Origin: Podarcis vaucheri
Lineage: Eukaryota
Length of the DNA stretch: 64,000 nt
Direction: 5' to 3' (one strand)
NCBI GenBank assembly: GCA_965113315.1
Contig: OZ220372.1
Below, piece after piece: positions 1 to 12,699 of this stretch (its first letter is position 1; each line of letters starts with the position of its first letter). A program made the translations under genes and the position numbers. The notes beneath the pieces were generated by a model that saw only the letters and a list, made by a program, of their open reading frames with translations, was not told the origin of the DNA and searched no databases.

Positions 1-233
1 TGCAAGCTCTGAATTATGTTAAGCAAATCCTTGTCCTGCCAAATCTTACTCTAAAGTATATTTTTCTTAGCACTAGCCAACACTTAATTTCAATCTAATG
101 GACCAACTGCAGAAACTCCATCTCCAGGAAGTCTTCATCCCCCACCTCTTTAGGCTTGAATCAAAGGAGATAAACAATGGAGTAGAAAAGAAAAACTCAG
201 AAACTTTTGAAACCTCAGAAAGATTGTTTGGAA

Positions 234-239
234 TTTATT
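234..239 (-). promoter_or_regulatory. Candidate distal polyadenylation signal of the short isoform
   Basis: AATAAA on the minus strand followed by U/GU-rich sequence (tttctgagtttttcttttc). Other AATAAA at 3381-3386 and 6016-6021. Confidence 0.35.
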
Positions 240-1253
240 CCCTTTTTAACGTGAAGAGGTAACATTTGCACAAAAACGTATTGTTTTCACAGCAACAAGA
301 GTTCCAAAGTTACAGAATTTGAACACAAATGCACACTCTGCACCACCACAGTAAGGGCAAGAAAACCAAAATAAAAAAAGGGTACAACATCTCAAGTTTG
401 AGATGTGAGGCTTTTCAGAGCACATTTCCCATTCTTCCCTGAGCCACAGCTTAAATCTCAAGCAGGGGATGTTTCCCCCCCCCCTCAGATTTTGCATTTC
501 AAAATAGGGGGCATTTAAGCAGACCCCAGTATAATTGCTGGGAGGGAAAAAACAAAACCCATTTCTTAAGAGATTTAAGGTATTTTTCGCTGACACACAA
601 GTAATATTGCATTCTGTTTAAGAAAATACTCAGAATAACTCACATCATCCCTCAAGAAATGCATATATATATATACACAAATAACAATACAAGTCACTAT
701 GATCTACAGGGTTTGAGAAGGGATGAAAAGACAAAAGAAAAGAATTTCATCTCTCCAAGGAAAAAAGTGTTCTCAACAGGATTTTATGGTGGATCCCCAA
801 CAACTGTATCAATTTTACATTTCATTTCTTCCCTGTAGCTATTCAAAAGTGAGGTTCACTTTGAAAGCACATAACACTGCATTTTCCTATGTGCATCATT
901 TTCCCTTGATACACCATGTCCAGACTCCTCATTTTGCTGCCTGCTCATGTGCCCTGTGGTTGGACACATTCTTCCCTCCACATCAATCCCACCATAAAAA
1001 CCTAGTAAGAACACTGAAGGGGGATGCAACGGGGTCTAGGAACAGTCTCTCAAGAAAGCTTCCAAGCTAAGCTCTGGAAGGCTATTTTTCACAGGGTAGG
1101 GACACTATCTTCAGCCATTCAACATGCATGCTTAACAGTAAACTTCCAGCTACACGGGACCTTTGATTTCATACTAAAAGTGATTCCATACATTATGGTA
1201 GTTCAGTGCAGGCCACAAGAAATGCAACCATACACTGGTATTCTGTACAGGAG

Positions 1254-1322
1254 ATGACTAAACCGCTTCCGGCACAGCGGAACACTGTGTCGGAAGCCAG
1301 AGCGCACGGAAACACTGTTTAC
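1254..1322 (-). mobile_element. Short internal Sauria SINE fragment
   Basis: atgactaaaccgcttc...ccagagcgcacggaaacactgttta resembles the internal segment of the SINE copy at 29640-29690. Confidence 0.55.
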
Positions 1323-4300
1323 AGACTACACAATGGAGCCAATCTATTATTGTGCAATTAATGCTGATTAGAGCCTCTTGTGGAGCAGCCATCAAACTCC
1401 AGGTGGCTGCTTTAATATATAAAATAATCCTAACCTCTTTGAAGAGACAGACCTTGCTTGGGTCTCTCTGCACATAATGTGGCATAAATCCTGGAGTCCC
1501 ACTGTTCTACCCAGCTTCAGGTCCACAGTAACATTTAGAAAAAGAACTGTATCCTTATTCCTACTTGTTCAGAATCCACTGCACACAGTTTTGATTGGCC
1601 TGCAGAGTTTTTTAAAAATGGTTGCTATCTTGCTGCAGTGGACACAGTAAAAACCAAGCGACATTTCAAAAAACATTTCAAAAAAACTTCTCAAATGCTG
1701 CCTTCGTTGTGCAAGGTCACCAAGACCGTCTCTAGACTTCCTAAAAAGTATTCTGTCACAGGTGGAAAATTGTATCACATCAGCCCAAATGTTTGCTAAC
1801 CTACGATTAATTCTGTAAAGAACATGTTCTGTTAAAACAGAAATTGGTGCTGTTTGAGTACTGGCAGAGTTCATGCCAAATTTGGGGCAAGTGAATTTTG
1901 CATTACCTATCAAGTACATTTTAAACCAGGGTGACAGCTAATAATAATTTAAGGAACTATATTAACTGAGATCAAGTTTAGCACAATTTATAGTTTGTAA
2001 AGCATATGCTGAATCAAAAAAATACCTATACACTAGTTATTATGTCAAAAAACAAAGAATTATATTCATTCATATCATGGTTTGTTGAGACTAAAGGTAG
2101 TATGCTAATATTTTAATATTTGTGTCCAGGAGACATTATATAATCTTATTAAATTACATATATACGGACATTCTTCACTGATTCTATACTGCAGGTATGT
2201 TGTTGTAACATTACCATTAGCACAATTTAACACAGAGCTTAACCATGCTTATACTGAATCATGGCCCATAGAAATATGTCTTAACTTCTCCCTATGCAAT
2301 TCCATGGCAATTCCTGCTTCTCATTGGTATACATTGGATGAACCAATGCAGTTTCAGGATTCAACAATAAGTTTGTTACAACCAACAATATAACTTCTGT
2401 TGTTTTTTTAAACACAATTATTCAGTGCTCTGTAGCGAAAAGGGACAAATTTACTGATACACCTTTTTATGTAGGAAAGAAGAGTCTGCCAAAATGGCAT
2501 CAAAGGGAATAGAAGATGCAGCTACTCTAATCACTGATAAAAGAAGAGCACAGAGCTCCTCTAATCACTGATCAAAGATTACACCCTCTCTCCCTCTTCC
2601 CGTGTTTTAAAAACAAATACACAAGCAAATTCAGCTTGCATGCTGCAGATATGGGTGCATGCTACTAGAAACCCATCAACAGCTCCTTCAAGTAAATGAA
2701 AGTCCTACAACCCAACTTTCTGTCCATGTGAAATGCTGCAAATTCCATAGTGGAGGGCTGGCCTCCACTAAAAACAGCAACTATGTGTTCCAAGATTTGA
2801 CTGTTAGTCTGAAAAAAGATCATGTTTAAGTCCTAGTATTTCATGATTACTTGCCACATTCCAGCCACCTCACTATAGTGCAATTAGCTTACTTCACTGG
2901 AATATACTATTAAGAACAGATATAACCCACTGATAATACTATTTACTTCCCCTCTTTCAAAGGAGGATATTAGTACAAATTCTCTCAATTTCCTATATTT
3001 CTTTTCTTTTCTTTTTTTAATTAGAATGCTTTTGACTATGTGTGTAACATTCCAGTGACCTAGCTCATGGTGAAGTACCTTAATTTCATTACCCCTAAAA
3101 GTTTTTGAGTGAAAACCAACCGCCTTTATATAAAATTGTAAGGGCAAAATGTAAAGAGACTGTTCCAAGCCCACTGGACCCACAGGAGGATTAATACATT
3201 CAAAAATATTTTACAGACATTTACAACGAAGTGCAGAAAGAACAATACTTCCGTGTTAAAAAAAAAGACATGTATAAAAAATGACACTCACTGTAAAACA
3301 TTCCAAAATACAAGAGACATACAACTATTACAGAATACAACCATTGAAAAGCAAGAGATTTTTTTTCCACCCCCACTCCTTTTATTGGCACCAGCAGCAA
3401 TTGTGTCACAAAGGCAAATGCAGAGAGTGCTTGACACAAAATCCCAGGAAGACAGTACAAGAAAAAGGCGTAATACAGAGTTTGCCAGAAGCATGCCAGA
3501 GTTCAGCACAAGAAAGCGCCTGTCACAGCTTTCACCACCCCTGCACCAGCAGAAAGGGTTGCACATTTTGGAGACAGTGTGCAAGAAGTGTAACCGGATA
3601 GCAGCAACATCAAAAGCTAACTCACTTAAAGCACTCACATGTGCCACACACGCTCCTGGGCAGACCAGGAGGTGGACATCAAGAGAAGATTTGGCCTACC
3701 CTAATGGCTAAATACTGAGCTTTGAGATCAGTTAACTTCCCCTTTTGTAACAGAATAGGGAGAGTCACAAAACACCTATAATGCAAGAGCCACACATGCC
3801 AGAGAGCAAAATTATCTCACAATAAAAAGTGCTTATTGTTTCCTGACCATTATTCTAATGCCTCAGTACAGAAGAGCTCTCTTCTCTACTATTCAAGTTA
3901 GCCGACAAGTAGGGAAGGGAGGCGACATAAAATTTCATAGTAACCAAGCAAATACTGATTGCAGATTTGTTTGAAACATGCAAATAGAGTAAGCACGGCT
4001 CCACTAGCATGCATTTACCTATTCCACGGGAACCAAGGGTCAGCTTAGAATGGGCAGCTGACCATGAACACAGGTCAACGAGAAGTGCAGATTTCTATTC
4101 GTTCCAAGACTGCACTTCTCCGCTTCCCCCACTACCATCCAATTACATTCTATTAAAATCACATTTCCCCCCCTTTTCAAATCACCACCATTTTCCACAT
4201 TATGAAATGCCAATCTCTGCATGAATTCCAGTGTCCGAAACATGCAGTTAATAGAATTATATCTCTACCTCAATGGCAATTCAGAGTTTGCATGAGGACA

Positions 4301-6186
4301 GACCAGCCTCACAGAGGACTGCCAAAGTCTGGAACTTCTCTGATTAAGATACTTCAGCTGGAATCTAGGGACTGAAACGTTTTTATCAGCTCTGAACACA
4401 TAAAATGCTGGCTTCTGATTATTTGAAATATTTTCCCCCAGCACTGTCTTTAACTATTATCATAGTTCATGGTGCTTATATAACACAAAGGCCAGAATTA
4501 ATTCTTCAATTCATTATTGCTGGATTCTACTTTGTAGAGATTACAGTATCTATAGACACATGAATAGGTATATGTAAACAAAGACACATGAAAGAGTCCT
4601 GATCTTAAATTTTAAACATATAGAGATTCCTCCAGCAGCCTCCTATGAAAATACACATTAATTTCCCATACTCTTTGAGTGATTAGCAAACTTATACATT
4701 CAAGTTAATTTTGAAGTCAGCAGAGAGCCAAAAATTGTCTGCTTTTTGCCCTGACCAGCAGGGAACTAGAACTAAAAGTTAGATGGCTTGCAGGGAATGT
4801 AGGACAGGTTTCACTACAATATTAGGCCAAGAATAATTATTGCTAAACTGAAATTAACAAGGTAAAGAGCTGGTGAAATATGCTAGACCAAGTTGGCAAC
4901 TCCAACTGCAATCAACTTCTGCAAGATTGTCAGTCTCAAGACAACAGAGGCAGAAGCTCAACACAAGCAGTATTCAGAGTCTGAACTCTTAAAAGTTACC
5001 TGAACAACCACATCCAATCTCTGATCAAGCAATTTAATCAGTGCAAAATTCCAGAACTCTTTGTTTCCACAGCCAAATGACTCCTATCCAGTAGTTACAA
5101 GAAGCTGTGTTTTCACATTTGAAAGACTTGCTTAATACAAAATGTTTTCCAGAGCTTACTTAAATCTTAAATCTCTTTCATTTTGCTTCTGGGTGGGAAA
5201 TGTCACACAAATACAGAAACTGTACAATGCTATTGGGTGTACACAACTAAAAATAAATAAATGAAAAAACATATCTTGAATGATCCTTCAATTGGATTTT
5301 TTCATACTATTTAGAAACATTTAGCCAATGGAAGGGCAACGGTTCAGTTCCTACGCACAACTATGGCTATATAATTTAATTCTACATAAAAAAATAAAAT
5401 CTAAACCTGTTTGGCTTGGAAGATTCCACAACTAGAATCCAGTCTGGCTTCTTATCAAGTGCTATTCAAATTTAATCACCAAAAGGTCAAAGTAAAAGTC
5501 CGTCCAAACAAGAGTTTGTGGCACAAATTGAGTCTATCGCTCTCTCTCACACAGAGACAGGAATCAAGTTTAAGATTAACCAGAATGCCCTCAACAGCAT
5601 ACAGCTTGGTTTGTCAGCCCCAGTCCAGAACAGCAAAGCATATATTTTGGGAGAAATTTCCACAACCTGCCAACACCAAGATCACCCAGAGTTAAAGGCT
5701 GTGAAAGACAACAAGGAATGTATAGCAGGCATGGTTCAAAACGTATCAACAAGGTTTTGATGTTTTGCTATTCAGACACCATGTCGGTGAGAACTAGAAG
5801 ATAGTTTTGCAGGTGAACACAGAAATCCAGTCAATGGACTTCTTCATACCATGCTAATGCTATATTTAATTCGCTCAGCAATGTAGATTTTACAGACTAA
5901 GGGTTGCATCCAGCTACGTTCTACTCAGAGTAGACCTGATGAAATTAATTAAGCTAAGTTAGTCGTGTCCATTAATTTCAATTGGTCTGTTCTGGGTATG
6001 ACTAGCAATTTTTAATTTATTTGAACCTACCCAAGAAATCTTGAACTGGGTGTCTGTGTTTACCTGGACAGCATTCAGAACAGCAGCTTTGTCTTACAAA
6101 CCATAATGTAACCCCACCACCACATAACCCCCTAATTTCCTCCTGCACACACGTTACACAGTGTTACAAAAGTTGTTATTACTGTA

Positions 6187-6428
6187 TTAATATCCTAGTG
6201 CTGATAAAAACTCCCCCATTATCTGCACAAGAACCTCTGACTGGACATAGATAAAGGGGACTCCAAAAGCCATCAGCTGGCACATGAAAAAGGAGTCCAA
6301 AGGATTTTGGGCTACGTGGTGCCCAACTGAGGAAACTGTGTTTTGCAGGAGCTGGCTTGCCACCCTAACTCTGTCAAAGAGGTGGAGCGAGTACTGCATC
6401 ACCCTGCCAAACAAGGAAGCAGAGCTAC
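6187..6428 (-). CDS. MICAL3: Alternative C-terminus of short MICAL3 isoform, by read-through of the donor (…QNPLDSFFMCQLMAFGVPFIY…EFLSALGY*)
   Basis: Frame stays open ~80 codons past the donor to TAA at 6187-6189. QNPLDSFFMCQL.AFGVPF matches the recalled human short-isoform tail. Confidence 0.85.
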
Positions 6429-6516
6429 CTGGAGTCCTCTCTGACGAAGTTGAGATGGAGTTTGCACGTCCTGCACCGTCAGCCGCCATGTTGTCCTGCT
6501 GGGTCCCTTTGCTGTC
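6429..6516 (-). CDS. MICAL3: MICAL3 post-LIM exon, spliced form (DSKGTQQDNMAADGAGRANSISTSSERTP)
   Basis: 88 nt, acceptor preceded by a pure C run, internal donor CAG|GTAGCT leading to long-isoform exons outside the window. Confidence 0.9.
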
Positions 6517-7369
6517 CTGGGGGGGGGGGGGACAGGCAAGGAAGGATGCAGTTGTTAAATTTATGTAATTTAAAAGTGAGCAAATGCAAACAGACAAAAG
6601 GTGGTTTTATGGTTTTAGATCCAGGAGAAACAATAACCCTAGTTTATTCAGGCATATTCCAGACCTGGACACACATTCTCAGTATATCTTTGTTATTTAT
6701 CTAACTGCTTCTTCAAGTAAAGCCATATGGAGGGCATGCCTGGGGTTAGCTGATTTTAACCAAAAATAATAGTATCACATGTATCGTTTTTCCATAGTAT
6801 TGCCTTGAAGAACTACTTGCCATAAAACCAACTGCCAAAAAATTAACTGCATAAGTAAAATTAATTCATGTTACTTTGTAAATGTAATCATTGTCCAGTA
6901 GATCAGCTATTACATATATTCTCAAGGCAGAATTTACTTTCCTGCATATCCATGTTTTAATTATTAAATTCCCACTCTTTGGGTATGAGTACTTTTCAAT
7001 AGTCCCCTGATAAAAAGAACCTATTTTTATTATCCAACACCATAAATTGGATTTTGGATAGACAGAAGTAAATATGAATGGCAACGTGCCTATTTGCACA
7101 CCACTGGCACAGCTTTTCATCTCCTTTTTCCAGACATACTGCTGTCTTGGTTTTGGTAAGCCAACAAATTTATAAAAACAACTGATAAAAAGTTTCCATT
7201 ATGTGTTCTGTTTAAGAGTTTACAGCTAATAAAGGCAGGCAAGATCAATGCACAAAGGATTCAGGAAGATTCTGCAACACTGCTCTCCCCCTTCCAAACA
7301 ACCCAAAGCCACTTCCCAACATAAAATGGCAAAGCAGTCTCATCTGGGAAATGCAAAGAAACAGCCTAC

Positions 7370-7458
7370 CTTTCCTGACAGAGGGCCCACTGCCGGTCTC
7401 TTCCTCTGTGCATAACCTGAAAGTCTGTAACAGTAGTGAGGCTTGCAGTAGAATTTTC
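7370..7458 (-). CDS. MICAL3: MICAL3 exon completing the LIM domain (GKFYCKPHYCYRLSGYAQRKRPAVGPLSGK)
   Basis: 89 nt, final CxxH ligands, AAG|GTAGGC donor. Confidence 0.96.
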
Positions 7459-8602
7459 CTGCAAATAGAGCAAGAGGAAAATGGTAATGAGAAAGACAAA
7501 AGCTACAGTTTGTCAATGCCGTGCAATGCCACAGTTCCTCTGTATCTCCTCTGCCCAAAATACATGGAGACAATTATGCCTCAAAGATTTAATTCACGTT
7601 AATTTCCTCCTTTCCTGAAAACCAATGGATTTTCCATAGGGTGCCTGACAGCCATTTACCCAGCACCCAACCAATAGCCAGAACATCCCAGGGGAACTTG
7701 CGTGGTATCGCACACAAAGCAGCACTGTATGAGGAACAAAGGCTGCATCACATGGAAATCTGGCAGAAGTGCTGCGGAAAAGGCAAGAATGAATGCAAAG
7801 AGGAAAGGGCTGGGCATTAACTCCAAACAGACCGCTGCTTACCAAGAATTGGCCAATCCAAACAGAAATCTATGTACCATGGTCACCCAGGTGATTTCTA
7901 ACTACAAATATTCAAAAGTTATCATCTCACAGATGCAAATAGCCTATGGTATGGTGTTGCAAGAACTTCCAGTGTGTTGCTGAACCTTCTAAACAGTATT
8001 CAAGGAGAGTCCTGTTTACATGATGCTGCAGTTGTCTAGTCATGAGTGCAAATACAAGAGCAATGGCTTCCCACTCTGAGTTTTCCATAATCTCTGGCAG
8101 CACACAAAAATCCTGAGCATGGAGAGTTCAACTCCCAGTTCAACCAGCTTCAGACTGCAGTATTTACAATGTGCATTTTAGTTTCTACAAATACCTCCTG
8201 CACAATCATAATTTTGGATGGTATATCTGAAGTGGGCCAAACAGTGATGTAATGATTTCCTGTCCATACTAAAGATATATGGAATCCTGAAGGTTATTTC
8301 TAAGTCAAAGGGCTGAATCCAATAAAAGCCATGTTGTGATCTCAATGACTTCTGCTTGCACAATGGAACTCCCTCTCCTTCTTCTACTCCCTGAGTTCCC
8401 GCCCCCCCAAAAAAAATCTGTCCCAGAAGCCTGTGGGAACCCCCAGAGAAGATTTGGGTATGGGGACACAAGTGGGAGGAGGAGGAGGACTTCTACTTGT
8501 TATGCAAGTAGAAGTCACCTGCACAACAATTTTGCTGAATGCAACCCATCAGTTGAAGCTTTTGCCCATCCCCTCCTAAGGCAAAAGGTACATTTCACTT
8601 AC

Positions 8603-8789
8603 CATCCACCAGGTCGTAGGCATAAGAAGACAAGCGCAGGGTTGTAGCACAGTATTCGCATTTGAAGCAGCTGCGGTGGAAGAATTTGCCTTCCGCACTC
8701 AGTCTTTCCATCACGTAGACACGCTTGTGGCAGAAGTAGCAGACATCACTGCCTCCCACATTCGGAGGGAATTCTTTTTTCAAGGAACC
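8603..8789 (-). CDS. MICAL3: MICAL3 LIM domain exon ([20 protein letters not shown]...[11 protein letters not shown]...DLVD)
   Basis: 187 nt, CxxC-HxxC-CxxC zinc ligands, G|GTAAGT donor. Confidence 0.97.
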
Positions 8790-9513
8790 CTAAAGCAGCA
8801 AGAACAAGGAAAGGTCTAGACTGAGTCACGAGCTTACTTTTACTTCCACTGTCGTGCGATATGTATTCATTAGATTGTTTTGGAATCCTTCAATGGGAAA
8901 CGGAGGATGTTTGAGCAAAAACACTAGGCAGGCACCTATGGATAATTCCAAGGCCCCAACATGAGGAAGAAAAGGTCAGCCAAGGAACACACTCCGTAAG
9001 GTGTAGCATCCAACCACCTGAAAATAAAGAGTCTGGCGGAATATGGGAGAACTGAAGGATTTAAAAATTCTTTAATTCTCTCAGCTTTATCCTGTCTCTA
9101 AAATGGGTATAATGATGACGACATACCTCACAAAGTTGATGAGAGACACCAAGTGTACACACCTAACAAATTGTGGAAATGGTCACACAATATGATAGTA
9201 ATAATCCTCCTCCCACATTACCACTGACGCTAAGCTCCAAACAACCACTGTCAAATGATATCTCCACACATTTACTCCAAAGACACCAAAGCTTTCAGCA
9301 ACAGATCTTTTGTGTACTATCCATTTTCTTTATAGCAACAATTCAAGAACCCACAAAGGGAAGTGGAGGAACAGGCAAGGAAGTGCTTACATCAGCTACC
9401 TTTAACTAAACACTGAGGGAAAACTAAAGGCTCCATATTACTGAGGATCTAAGGAAGAGCTGTCTAACTTCTAATCACAAATACTCATCACCTTCTGAAC
9501 ATCATTCTCTTAC

Positions 9514-9621
9514 CAGTTCCTTCTTGTCTAGAAGGGTTTTGGGTTGGTCTTTCCTTTGAAGCTGATTGGCTATTTGCTCAGCCAATGAGCTCACGCCACC
9601 TGTATACATCTTTATATACTT
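9514..9621 (-). CDS. MICAL3: MICAL3 cassette exon G (KYIKMYTGGVSSLAEQIANQLQRKDQPKTLLDKKEL)
   Basis: 108 nt, phase 0-0, CTG|GTAAGA donor. Near-identical to the recalled human alternative exon. Confidence 0.92.
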
Positions 9622-10827
9622 CTACCAGATGAAGGTAATGAGGGTGGGGGGAGGTAAGATGGATGGGGAAAATGAGGGAAAAGAGAAACAGTATAAATTC
9701 AGGATGAAAACTACGAAAGAAAAAAAATGGCAAAAAAGGTGCAGAAAGGGGTGAAACCATGCCAAGACAGTGGACAACACAAGCGTGTGTGGCACCAGCC
9801 AAACAAGTGATCTTAGCAACCACTGGTGTGGGCAGCACTAAATAAAATTATTAGCAGTTTGTAATCAGCCACTCTAAGACCCTGGTCAGAGACTTTCTTT
9901 TGCCAGAGAGTCGTTGGAGATGAAAGGTGTTTCTAACCCCATCTCCCACAAAGGTTTCCCATAACAGCTGCCATGTTCTTTCCAAACACCATGCTTATCT
10001 CTAGATTGACAGCTGAACATAGTCCTGCCATAGGGTCATATCTAGTCCATGAGCTGCTGGTTGTTGACCCCCTTACCCAAACAGAAACCCCAACAATAGG
10101 TGACTAAGAATGCTATGGGTTCAGGGATGAGGTAGCATGGATTACCCATATTGAGATATCATGGCTATTTATGATATCCAAAATCAGACTGGGGAATTAC
10201 ATTGTCTGGGGAAAGGATATCTGGAGGAGAAGTTAAAAGGGAAAGAGGGGTGTAATAAATTTGCATGCTCAGATATATGTTCTTTCTTGCAGGGCTGCAA
10301 AAATACTAGTGTCTTTAGCCACTGTGTGTTTCTTCATCCCAGTCTCCCCAGTTGGATATTAAGTCCGCTATCTCTTTTCATACCCCATCTCAGGTTGGAG
10401 GCCAATGTGCAGACACTGTAGTTTCAACACCAAGCAAGCCTTTTTCTCGCCAACATCCAGCTTATGAAGAATGCTGGAGAACCCAAAAGCTTGCTCATTA
10501 TTTTGTTATATCTTGGTTGGCCTTAAAAGGGTATTTCCTTACTATGGAACTTGCAAGGGGAGTGTCTTATGGACCAACATGGCTGCCTTTGCTTATTTTT
10601 ATTTAAACAACATGATTGGTTTCAACTGTTATTTAAGCAGCAAACTGTGTAACACAAAAAGATAACTAGATAGGATTGGGTTTCAGAAATATATTGGGGG
10701 GGGGAGCACAAGCCATTAAGTTTACAGAACCTTAGATACTGAGATTCTTCACACACAGTCCCACCTAGCAAGTCATATAACTGCACCCCCCCCAATTCTC
10801 CCTTAGGTTTATGGGGAGAGGAAGATG

Positions 10828-11295
10828 CAGCGGCGTAGCGTGAGTTGTCAGCACCCGGGGCAACGCAAGTAATTTGCGCCCCCTAACCCGGGGCAAGGCA
10901 AGTAATTTGCGCCCCCCCAACCCCTAACCTGCGAGTTGCCGCTGGCGCTGCCGCGCAAACAACGCTGCTTGCCTGGAGGAGGATGGAGGCAGAAGCAGCC
11001 GCCGCCTGTGGCTGGGCCGAGGGGATGGCGGCGGCGGCAGGGTGCAGAGGCTGCCCGTGCCCGGCGTTGGTGGCGGCGTCGGCGCTGCTGCAGCGGCTGC
11101 TCCTCCTGCGAGCAGTGAGCGGAGCGCAGCCACAGCGACGGCGGGGGGCGCGCGCGCTAGGGCGCAAGGCTGGCGATGGCGGCGGGGAGCCCGGCGGAGG
11201 AAGGAACTTGTCCCTTCCCTCTGGACTCGCGCCCCCCCCCAGATGTTGCGCCCGGTGCGGCTGGCACCCCTGGCACCCCCCACGCTACGCCACTG
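10828..11295. mobile_element. Non-autonomous hAT-type DNA transposon with GC-rich interior
   Basis: 15-bp TIRs CAG(C/T)GGCGTAGCGTG (14/15 match). Perfect 8-bp TSD GGAAGATG at 10820-10827 and 11296-11303. Confidence 0.9.
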
Positions 11296-11682
11296 GGAAG
11301 ATGGATGAGGGTTGCCTAGCCTCTCAGCAAGGAAGCAGAATATCAAATTCAGCTCAAGAACCTTTGACAGTTTGCCCTTCTCAAAAACAACAGATATTCC
11401 ACTTATTATAAGCCAATGCACTTTGTACTGAAGAACAGAGAGTAAAACCAACAAGTCCTTCTACAGTATTTACCTAAGTAGATACATTATTAACAACTAA
11501 TGGGCCTTTCTGTTGGAAGAATAGACCTAAGGGATCAGAAGACTGGTCAGGCGGAGGGCCTGAAGTCAACAGGACTCTCAACTGATATGGTATTTCAAAT
11601 TGCAGCTAATTGCTGATAGATCTACACATTTTGAAAGATCCATAACCCCCATGAAACTGTGTAAATTCTCGTGACTTCTTTT

Positions 11683-11984
11683 AAAGGTAAAGGGACCCCT
11701 GACCATTAGGTCCAGTCACGGCCGACTCTGGGGTTGCGGCGCTCATCTCGCTGTATTGGCCGAGGGAGCCGGCGTACCAGAGTAGCGCACGGAAACGCCA
11801 TTTACCTTCCTGCCAGAGCGGTACCTATTTATCTACTTGCACTTTGACGTGCTTTCAAACTGCTAAGTGCGCAGGAGCAGGGACTGAGCAACGGGAGCTC
11901 ACTCCGTCATGGGGATTCGAACCACAACTTTCTAATCGGCAAGCCGTAGGATCTGTGGTTTAACCCACAGTGCCACCCGCGTCC
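11683..11984 (-). mobile_element. Sauria SINE, near full length, ~50-nt internal deletion
   Basis: tRNA-like head with B box (GGTTCGAATCC), ACCTTT-type tail, high identity to the copy at 29520. Confidence 0.88.
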
Positions 11985-12699
11985 ATGACTGCTTTTAGAC
12001 CCAGGCAAAAACATTTCTCTTCAACCAGGCCTTCTGTTAAACAATCTATGGCCTTTTAAAGGTGGTGTGTGTGTTGTTGTTTTTATTATGATTGTGTTAT
12101 GCTTTTTGTGTTTTTATGTTGTAAACTGTCCTGTGATCTTCATATGATGTGTGATATATAAATTTAATTAAAAAATGAACAAGTCATTAAAAAAACCAAT
12201 CTGAGCCATTGACCACAACATCTTATGACACCAATGAATTCCCTAAGTTTATTACATACTGTGTGAAAAAAACGCTTTATTTCATCTGTTACTGACAATT
12301 TCATTAAGTGAGTTCTAGTTTTATGAGAGGGGAAAACATTCCCACATTTCCCCCGCATCATGTATTATTGATGGCACAGGTGTTGGGGTAGTGCATTCCA
12401 CATCTGTATTGATATTCTACCAGCTTCTGAAGGCACACTTGTTTATACAGGCATTCCTTTCATCTCTTGACCCAAGTCTCCTGTTTTAATTGCTATGGGG
12501 TTTTAATGCGATAGTTTTATTCCATATTTTAATCACATGTTTCTATTTTAACATTTTAATGGGATGGATTTATTGTGTATTTCAATTATGGTACGTTCTT
12601 CATTATTCTGTATTTCAACAAGGTTGTGCAACTGGTTTTAATGTTTTGTAAACCACTTAGATGCCATGTAGACATTGAAAAGTATATAATCATCTTACA

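Noticed and set aside
3221-3711. Cluster of overlapping ORFs up to 152 aa
   Set aside because: No homology or splice support. More consistent with 3'UTR or intron.
10828-11295. CpG island suggesting a native gene promoter
   Set aside because: Bounded exactly by TIRs and an 8-bp TSD, so it is an insertion.
10883-11454. Five overlapping Ala/Gly/Arg/Pro-rich ORFs on both strands
   Set aside because: Explained by stop-codon scarcity in the GC-rich hAT interior. No recognisable protein.
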